From the NCBI GenBank assembly GCA_965223325.1, contig CBDCWI010000002.1, positions 2,016,001 through 2,080,000 of the forward strand: a stretch of 64,000 bases of DNA, given 5' to 3'. This document shows, in pieces, positions 9,510 through 19,200 of the stretch; within the stretch, counting starts at the first letter, position 1; each line of letters opens with the position of its first letter. Source of the stretch: Candidatus Multivoradales bacterium (GTDB lineage Bacteria; Acidobacteriota; Thermoanaerobaculia; Multivoradales; Multivoraceae). A program made the position numbers and the translations under genes. A model generated the notes under the pieces. The model searched no databases and was not told the origin of the DNA. It saw nothing but the letters and a program-made list of their open reading frames with translations.

Positions 9510-10023
9510 CACCGCGATCTCACGCTAAATCACTGATTCCAAACGGGTTATCCCGATCTCGGAGTTGCTATGCCCCCACCGTGGACTTTCGGGATCGCGA
9601 GGCCGCCACTCCCCTCGGGAAAGTCCCCCCGACCGTGCGCGACAACGACGCGCGACCCGCGGCGTACGAGGGCCAGAGTCGGGGAACGCAGCGTTCCCGG
9701 ACAGGCGGATCTGCAAGCGGCGTGACAGAAGGGAGGTCCGAGGAGGGGCCCAATGGCGCGACGCTTGCCCGCCGGTCTGGACCGATCCCGAAGGGCGGAC
9801 GACGCGGCGATGCCTGGAGGGGGCGGAATCTTCGTCGAAGCTTCTTTCTTAGTGGCTACCAAAAGCCCCGGCTCGGGACGCGGACCCGGAGGAGAGGGTG
9901 ACTCGCAGAAAGGCCAGCCCGGACGGATGGGCCGGGGGGACTTCCGTTCCGAAAAGGACTGCAGGGCGCAGGGCGACGCGCTCCGGCGTCAGCCGGAGCG
10001 CGTCGTCCCGGAGACCTGGCGAT
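9500..10023. repeat. Complete inter-cassette element A+B (~520 bp, non-coding)
   Basis: IHF consensus at 9526-9538; motif repeats at 9503, 9570, 9621 and inverted at 9933; hairpins at 9682-9698 and 9971-10009. Confidence 0.9.
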
Positions 10024-10052
10024 CTCATGCACGATCGCAAGGTTGACTTGAT

Positions 10053-10277
10053 TCAGGTTTCGGTGAGGCCGAGCCCTAGGTCGAAGAGCCCGGCCTCTAC
10101 AGTCTCTAGTGCTCTCTCCCAGTCGGCCCAGGCCGCAGGATCTGCTGTTTCACCGTCCGCCAGGAAACTCATGCCACCGAGAAGAGCGCCCAGATCGCCC
10201 GAACCGGTTCTCTTGTACACGCCCTCTAGGAACACAAACATAGCGGCATACGCTTCCTTACTCGTGAGTCTGTCCAT
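10053..10277 (-). CDS. Cognate immunity protein of the full-length RHS toxin
   Basis: 74 aa, 2 nt after the rhs stop; LTSKEAYAAMFVFLE...DGETADPAAWADW. Confidence 0.75.
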   Translation of the reverse strand: MDRLTSKEAYAAMFVFLEGVYKRTGSGDLGALLGGMSFLADGETADPAAWADWERALETVEAGLFDLGLGLTET

Positions 10278-10279
10278 CT

Positions 10280-13200
10280 CTATTGTTTCCCTCGCGACAG
10301 CCCGGTGTCAGAATTGAAAGTCCTTGGCTCGAGGTTTAGGCCTCCGTTCTGAACGATCCCATCACGGGTTTGAACCCAAGCCTGGGTACCGTCATCAAGC
10401 GTGCGTGCTGACCACTCGTTACCGAATCTATCGGTTCCCAGAGTCGCTGCTGGATCATCCGCGACGTCGATCAACAGGTTTCGGTTCTCTGGTGTGTCAG
10501 GCAGATGTCCTGGCCTATCTTCGAAAATGTGCTCGAGCTGGGAGTCACCGTCTGGGAACCGAGTAGCCGACTCTGGGGGAGCAGAAGCTCCCCTTGCCGC
10601 ACGAGCTCTCTTCCCTCGAAACGCGCGAACAAACTTCGACCCACCTCGGACCAATCCACCCGCCGCGGTGCCAACCTCGAGCACGGTCCGCTTCGTTCGA
10701 ATCTGAGCTTCTCGATCTCCCCTGGAGGCCTCATACCCGACCTCGACGGCGCTCTCCAAGATGAGAACAGCGCTGTCTTTCGCCTCTTCGACGAGCTGCT
10801 GGTTCGCTTCGAAACCTCTTGTGCGGTGTGGAAGCGCCTCGGGCTCCGCAATCATCGTTATCGGCGACTGCTGATTGTTGGCGTTGATCTCTAGCGCTAG
10901 ATCTACAGCCTGAACAGCACTCGGCGGGATCCGAAGGAGGTTGAGGCCGGCCGAGGCGACAGCTGCCAAGTCTTCAGTTCTTTCAGCAAGCCAGGAGCCT
11001 CCAGGTAGCTCTTCAAGCTTGTCAGCCGCTTCCGCGGCCTTCTCGATAACAGCATCATCGAGCTCGGTGATCATTTCTTGAGCGCGCTCTGCCTTCTCCA
11101 CCACCTCGTCAGGCAGTCCCTCCGGCGCAGAGGGCATTCCGCGTACCTCCACTCGCCCATCGGGATCGACCCAGACCGTCGGGTTGACCTTGCCGTAGGT
11201 GTACCAATGGAGCGACGGTGGATCGGAGAGGTCTCCAAACACCGGGTCCTCGGTAAGGAAGCGGCCCAGCTCCGGGTCATAGAAGCGGGCTTTGGCGTAG
11301 TACAACCCCGTCTCATCATCCAGCTCATGTCCCGTAAACCCGAACACGTTCGCACTCGACCCCACCTGCGAGCGTAGGTTGCCCCACGCGTCCCAGCGGT
11401 ACCTTGCCTTCAAGGCGCCGTCGGGCTGGATCAGGTTGGAGATTGAGCCCAGGGCGTCGAAGAGGTAGAACTGGCGGCCTTCTGAGGTGTTGTTGAGCGA
11501 CAGGAGGCGGTCGGGGCCGTAGTCGTACTTCGAAAGGGTGAAGCCGTTGTCGTCGGTCTGCTGGAGCACGCTCTGGTCGTCGTAGACGTAGCGCACTGTC
11601 CCTTCGGGGCCGCCGCTCTTGCGGATGCGGAGGCCCTGGTAGTCGTACTGGTAGTAGCCCGAGAGGAGGCCGTTGGTGCGCACTTCGGTGAGCTGGTCGC
11701 GGCTGTCGTAGAAGTGCTCGCGGGTCTCGCTGCCCTGGCTGCGGGTGCGCAGGTTGCCGTTCGGGTCCCAGCTGTAGGTCACCGACTGGGTCGCGTCCAG
11801 AGCGTCGATCATTGATTCGATACGGTGGCGGCTGTCGTAGCTGAGCGTTCGGTCGCGGGTGACGCCGCTGGTGCTTGTGTCGACTTCGGTGAGACGGTTG
11901 CCTACGCCGTCGTAGGTGTAGGTGGTGGTCTTGTCGGGGTACACCACCTGGGTGAGGCGGTCGGCCAGGTCGTAGCTGTAGGTCGTGGTCTCGGCGGCGC
12001 CGCCGTTCTCTTCGACCTGGACCGTGCGGTTGCCGTTCCGGTCGTACTCGTACGAGTAGCTCGAGACCAGGGCGCTGTTCCAGCGGTTGGTGATCGTCTC
12101 GGTGCGACCCGCCAGGTCGTAGGTGGTGTCGGCCGTCGTACCGTTCGGGTAGGTAACGCGCTCGAGGCGGCTGTCGCGGTAGTAGCGATACTCAGTCGTT
12201 CCACCGTCGGTGGTCACGGTGGTCGGGCGGTTCAAGCCGTCGAAGGTGTAGGTCGTAGCGAGGCCGTCGGAGTCTTCGAGGCGGGTGCGGTTGCCGTTGG
12301 GGTCGTAGCGGTACGAGAGGGTCTCGCCCTGAGGGTCGGTTACGGTCTCGAGGCGGTCGAAGGTGTCGTAGGTTCTGGTGGTGACGCGGGTGCCGGTTGC
12401 ACCGGTGTACTGCTCCTCGATCAGGGTCGGGTTGCCCGATGGGTCGTAGGTCATCGAGATCTCTGACAAGAAGTCGGTGCGGTCGGGGTCGTTGACCGGC
12501 TCGGGGTAGGTCACCGAGGTCTCTCGATCGAGAACGTCGTAGGAGCGGGTGATCTCCTGGCCTACGGCATCGCGAAGGCCGGTGATGTTGCCGTTCTCGT
12601 CGTAACGCATCGCCTCAGCCGAGCTATCGGCCATGGTCTTGGTGGCCTGGCGGGAGAGGGCGTCGTAGGAGAAGGTGGTGGCACTGTTCTCGGCGTCGAG
12701 GTGCTCGAGGAGGTTGCCGGCCTCGTCGTACGTGTACGACGTCGTACCAGCCGGGGATGTGACGCTCTGAATGCGGTTGGCTTCGTCGTAGCTGTTGCGC
12801 CAGGTACCCCCTTCGGGGCGCTGCGTGAGGGTGCGGTTGCCGGCCAGGTCGTACTCGTAGAGGGTCGTCTCGCCGGCGCCGGTGGTCTCGCTCGAAAGAC
12901 GCTGCCGCAGGTCGTACGCGCGGCTCGACTCACGACCCACGGGATCGATCTCGAGGATGACGCTACCCATGGCGTCGTAGTGGAACACCGTGGTCGACGT
13001 CTCGGGGCGGTTCTCGACCAGCGCCAGGTCGCGCTCGTCGTAGTTCCAGGACGTCGTAGCGCCGTTGGCGTCGGTCTCGGAGACTTTGTTGCCGTTGGCG
13101 TCGTAACGACGTGAAAGCAGCTGCAGCCCATCGCGCGACTGCGCGATGTCGCGGTTCTCGCGATCGAAGGTAAAGCGCTGCGCAATGCCGCGGCGATCGA

Positions 13201-16200
13201 TGTGTTCGACCTGGTTGCCGATGGCGTCGTACTGGAAGGTCTGCACGTAGGACAGCGGACCTGGGTCTTGCTGACGGACGAGGCGGTTGAGGCCGTCGTA
13301 CTCAAACGATGTCGTCAAGCCGCGCGCATTGGTCCTGGTGAGCACATTGCCGACCCGGTCGTAGGTCTGGCTGGTCTCGTAGCGGGCGGTGCTGCCCTCA
13401 TTGCCGAAGCCGGTGGCGGTGGGCGGCAGGATGCGTCTGGTCTCGCGGTTTAAACGGTCGTATTCGATGTCAACCGTGAAACCGCGCACGTCGGTCACGC
13501 TGAGCTGGTTGCCGACGACGTCGTAGGTGAAGGTCTCAACGCGCGGCTGGGTTGCGGGAACTGTAACGGTAGGTAGACGGCGCTCGACGACGCGATCGAG
13601 CGCGTCGTAGTCGAGCTCGGTGCGGTGGCCACGCGCGTTGGTCTCGGCGGTGCGGTTGCCGCGCGCGTCGTATTCGAAGGACGAGATTGCCCCCATGTCG
13701 TCGCTGGTATTCAGCAGGCGGTTGAGGCCATCCCAGTTGGACGTCTGGGTGTTGCCGTTGGGGAACTCTTCGGTGAGCAGGTTGCCGACCGCATCGAAGG
13801 TGCGCACCGTGGTCGCAACAGCTAGACCCTCGGGATGGGTCGCTGACGTCACCCGGTCGAGATGGACTGTGGTTGTCGTGCGCCGGTTGCGCGCGTCGTA
13901 GCTGTGCTCGACCCGGTTGAGGTTGGGGTCGATCTCGGCGACGACGTTGCCCACCTTGTCGTAGCGGAAGGTGGTGGGCCGGTTCTGCGGCTCCCGATCT
14001 TCGGCATCGGTCTGCGTTTCGACCCGGTCGAGAGCGTCGTAGCTGAAGTTGCGAATCTGGTCGGCGATGTCCCAGCTTCCCGAAGCGCTGTAACGCTGGT
14101 TCAGGCGGCGTTCTTCGATGAGGTTGCTCGAGCCGTCGTAGATCCACTGGGTAGTTTTCGCGGCGCCTGACGAGTAGGGCGGCTCGACGAACTCGATGCG
14201 CCGGTTGAGCTCGTCGTAGCGCGAGCTGCTTACCCGTCCCTCGGGGTCGATCTCCTCGACCAGGTTGCCTTCGCCGTCGTAGCGACGCCGGGTCGTCGCG
14301 TCGCCCGCTGCGGTGCCGAAGACCTGGGTGATTTCATCCTGTCGGTTGAGACCGTCGTAACCGAACAGGGTCTCGCGGGTGGGGAACGAGCCATCGCTCT
14401 GATCAAGCAGGGTCTCGCGGATGACGTTGCCTGCCGGGTCGTAGCCGTAGGTCGTGGTGCGATCGAGGGGCTCATCGCGGCGCACCAGACGATCTGCGTC
14501 GTCATACTGAAAGGTCACCTCAGTGCGCAGCGTGTCGGCGTCGAACCAGCCGGTTTCGAGAGTCTTGTTGCCGGCCTCGTCGTAGGCCAGCTCCATGGTG
14601 CCCCCAACCGCGTTCTCGATACGCACCACCCTGCCCTGCAGATCGAACTGTGTGGTGGTGGTACGGCCGGCCGGGTCGGTCTCGGTCTGGACGTTGTTGG
14701 CGTCGTCGTAGCTCGCCGTAGCCGAGGGGCGGCCTGCCTCACCTGCTGCGCGCGGCAGGTCGGTGCGCAGCAGCCGACCGAGACCGTCGTAGGTGAAGTC
14801 GGTGACCCGGCCTTCCTGGTCGGTGCGCGAGAGCGGCAGGCTGCGTTCGTCCCAGACGGTCTCCGTGGTGCCGCCGGGCGAGGGCTCGATGACCCGCGCG
14901 AGGTTGCCGTAGACGTCGTAGGTGAAGGTGGTTGTGAAACCGCGCGGATTGGTGGTGCGAATCCGGTCGCCGTTAGCGGAGTAGGCGTGGGTGGTGGTCA
15001 GGCTCTCGGAGGACTCGAGCCCGGTGACCTGGATCGACTCTTCGATCAGGTTGCCGCGGTTGTCGTAGCCAAACGACGTGGTGTTGCCGTTGCGGTCGGT
15101 GCGCGTACGCAAGCGGTTCTTGATCTTGCCGCCAGCCGGCAAACTGAACGTCTCAGAAGGCCAGTAGGTGTTGACCTGGGTGAAGGTGCGCTCGGTACCG
15201 TCCCACTCACTGCTGAGGGTCTCTTCGCTCAGCAGGTTGCCTTCGCTGTCGTATGTGAAGGTGGTGGTCACCCCGTTGGCATCGGTGCGACTGGTGAGCA
15301 GGATGTCCTGGTCATCCCAGGTCATCAGGCTTTCGTTGCCGAGCGGGTCGACGGTGCGCTGGGGCGAGCCGTAGCCGTTCAGGAACCAGCGGGTGACTTT
15401 GGGGTCGCCGTCGGTGCGGGCGCTCTCGACCTGGGTCTCGAGCTGACCAGAGGAGCGATCGGCAAGTGCCAACGTGTTGTAGACGAACCGTGTCGTGCCG
15501 CCCGCGGTCGTGATGTCGCCCCCGGGCCCGGTCGTTCCCTGGGGCTCCACCAGGTGGTCCACGGCATAGGTGGGCACCTGAATATCACCCTGCACGCCGA
15601 CCGGCTGCTTGATGTACACGTAGCTGGAGAGGGCGGTGTTGAGCTGGTTCTCCACTTCCACGAGCAGGTGGCGCTTCTCCCACAGCGGGGTATCGCCAAC
15701 CTCGAAGTTGTAGCCGTAGCGCTCACTGCGCAGGCCCCCTTCCCGCACAGCGCTCGTCAGATTGCCGTGGATGTCGTAGCCAAAGGTGACGCTTTGATTC
15801 CCCGGACCAGTGATTGCGGTGATGACCTGGCCACTCCAGAGAGCAAAGTCGCGGCGCACGTTGGTGAAGTCGAGGCTGCGCCCACTGGAATCAACGACGC
15901 TGGTGAGCACCCGGTTCTCACCGGCACCGCTATACAGCAGGTCAGTTCGGTTGCCGTTGGTGTCCTCGATGAAATCGAGTTCGAAGTGGTTGTGCTCGCG
16001 CAGGAAGTAGCGGTAGCGGCTGCCATCCCGCGTAAAGAAGTCGAAGGCACCGTTGTCGGTGTCCTGCACCAGGGTGCCGTGGTAGCCACGCAGCGGTGTC
16101 CAACCACCCTGGCCGTCGCCCTCGAAGCGCATGCCCGACCCTTCGGCGCCGATGACGATCGCGATGCCATGCGGCGTGAGGATGAGGCGCGAATCGTAGG

Positions 16201-19200
16201 GATGAGACCAACCCACCCCGAGCGTTCCCGGCGCGTTGCCATGGTTGCTCGACCAGGTCCGCGAGAAAGAAAGGGCCTTGCCTCTCCCGGGGTACGAGAG
16301 GTCGGAGCGTGACACCACCAGATGGCCGTCGAAGAGATTGACCCCTTTGACCATGGCATGGCCGACTGGTGCACGATCACGCACCTCGTAGGCAACTTCG
16401 ATACTGCCCTCATGGGTTTCAACGAAGCCGTCGTCGGTGGCGACACCTGTGAGTTCGAAGCGGTAGCTTCCCGGCGCGAGGTCTCCCGGGCCGAGGTCAC
16501 GCCGCTGTTGGCCCAAGAGCACTTCGCCGCCGATGACCGTCTGCGGGGCGCCGAGCTCGAAGTCGCCGTCCGGGGTCATCGCATCAATGGGCCGCACTTC
16601 GAGGGTGACTGCGGCCTCGCGCCTTACAACGAACTCGAACGCGTCGGCCTGGCTGAACGCCCGCTCGTTCGGGATGTCGACCTCCTGGGTCACCCGCAGG
16701 TACTGCTTGACGTCGCGGAAGATGCGCTCGGTTACCGGGAGGGGGAAGGGCTCTGAGCGCACTTCGTAGCTGCTGCCACGGTTGAGAACGACCTCGAAGG
16801 CGTAGCTCGCGCCATCTACGATCTCCAGCCCGCGTGGAATGAGAGCCGTGCCCTCGCCCTGGCGTTCGGTGCCCTGCGCCGTGCCGAGGAGTCGGCCGGT
16901 CTCGACACCGTTCGCATCGCTGACTTCGATGAACGCCACCTCGACTGACAGCGCGTGGTAGTCGGCAGGTTCGATGCGATAGGCCACAGTCAGCTGGTCA
17001 CCAAGGCGAGAGTCGGCGGTGATCACGGTCTGCTCGGGCTCCGTTCCCAGAACCTCTGGCTGCACCGCAAAGAGTGCCGGGCGCTCGAAGGTCAACCAGG
17101 GCAAGCCGCCCGCCGGTGAGAACAGCTCTCGCGGAATGACCAGCGGGTTGCCGGCCTCGTCGATGAACTCGGCATTCCAACGAATGTGGTGCGGCTCGAG
17201 CTTGACGGTGTGCTCGACCGGCACTGGCCCCGCGGTCGGACGTACGAAGTAGGTTCCGAACTCGCTCCCTTCACTTTCCGGCACGAAGAGAGGCGCAGAG
17301 AGAGAGCCGCCGTTGGAGAGGGCGCCAGGCTCGGCCAAGAGCTCCGGCAAGTCGACCGCCGTCCCGGTAATCCAACGACCCGTTGTGCGTTCGCGGACAT
17401 CGCCCTGGTCATCAATGTACGGGTCCGGGTTCCACACCTCGAGAACGATCGAGAGGTCGGCGTCGGGGCTTTCTCCTGGTCGCGCTGCGGCAATCATGTT
17501 GCCGAACTCGTCGACCGGGCGCGGCATGCGGAACCTGAAGCTGGTCAGGTTGGAGCACGGGGAGATGGGGTTCCCGTCGGGATCGGTGGCGTTGCCCTGT
17601 GAGAACAGAACGTTGTATTCGAGCGTTTCGGAAAACACCACGCCGTCTCCCGCGACCGGATAGGAGACACGGATCAGCGACGGCCGAACAGCATCGTTCC
17701 CCAGGATGACTCCGGCTTGTGCACCGCGCGGGCCAGACACCGTCTCGAGGACCGGACCGCCGCACTGTCCGTGCCTTGGCAGCGCAATGGCGCAAGCCGC
17801 GGGGTCGAACACCTGAGCATCGCGGAACAGGCCTGCGGGCGGCACGCCAGGGAGCGGCTGAAAGTAGTCCTCCTGGTTGGGGCAGACGTTCTCGAAGTAG
17901 GGCGCCTCTGGCACGTCGAACACGACGGGCGCGTTGGAGACCGGGTTGTCGAACGCGTCATAAAGAAAAACGCGCAAGGTCTCGGCAAACGTTGCTGGTT
18001 CCGCCGTATGCACCTGATCAACCGGACGATCCGGCACCAGTCGTGCCGGCGGGCCTGGCAGCATGTACTCACGGAACGGCTGGTCGATGACGACCTCGTC
18101 GTCCTCGACCTGAGCGACCGCCTCAATGAGAATCTGCCCGGCGAGCGTGGCTTCCTCGTCACTTTCGCGAATCCGGATGAGCTCACCGTTGACGCTGGTG
18201 TCGGTTCCCATGAGAACCTCGACCCACGCAATGCCCGCCTCATCGCTAGTGGTGCTTGCCGACTCGCCTGCACCGTTCTCTGAGCGCACGGTGGCGTCGC
18301 CGGCAACAACAACAAACTCCACCAGAGCGCCCACCACGGCGCGACCGAGGTCGTCGCGGGCAACCACCCCAATGCGCTGCGGCAGCCTTTCACTGACTTC
18401 GGCCATCAGCCCGTCGGTTTCCTCAACTCGCGAAAGGCTGGTTACCGAGAGTGGGTCCGGGTTGGTGTCCTGGCCGGCACCCGCCAGCGCATCCGCCAGG
18501 TCGTCGAGCACCCAGTCCGCGAAGGGCTCGACGGTCTCACCGCCCGCCAGGCCGCCACTCAGGAAGTAGCCGGCTGCCCCGCTGGCCTGATCGATGACCC
18601 GAAACACCGAGCCCCGCCAAGCGCGCAGCTCGACTTCTGTTTGTGGGATCTCGACCACCAGGCCGTCTTGTGCCCAGGCGAGAACCGCCGCTTTGACCTC
18701 CTCCGAGTGCGACAGTGTCGGAAGCAGGGCATCGACATTGCTCGCGTCAAGGGTGGTGATCGCAATGCCCGACTCTCGCGCCAGGCCGAGGCCTCGATCT
18801 GCCGAAATGCTCTCCACCATGAAGTCGTCTTCGAAGCCGAAGTGCTCGCGGCTCGAGCCATGAAGGGCAGAAATGGCGGTAAACGAGCGTGCTACGGCCT
18901 CCGGGTCGCCGCCCTGGGTCGGGTCCGCAAAGGGGTGCACAACGCGCTCAATGGCATCGAGCTCCACCCCTTCGACCCGTAGGGCCTGCGGAAGACCGAC
19001 CGCAAACTCGACATCGATCGCCAGCGAAGTCACCGCCAAAGAGGGCGCGGGCCGCAGAACGGTGACTCCGAGCAGGCCCCCGAGGAGCCGCTCACCCTCG
19101 TCCCATTCGATGCCGAAAGAAAGCGCCCGCTGGGCGAGAAGAACCGCCGCCAAGGTCTCGTCTTCCCCAACGACCAGGTCCTCCGCAGAAGGCTGCCGCT

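Noticed and set aside
1572-11292. Shufflon (inversion) system
   Set aside because: All sites and cassettes are in direct orientation, which fits excision/integration rather than inversion.
10280-11400. Diversity-generating retroelement TR/VR pair
   Set aside because: Differences between copies are mostly synonymous and not adenine-specific; no reverse transcriptase in the window.
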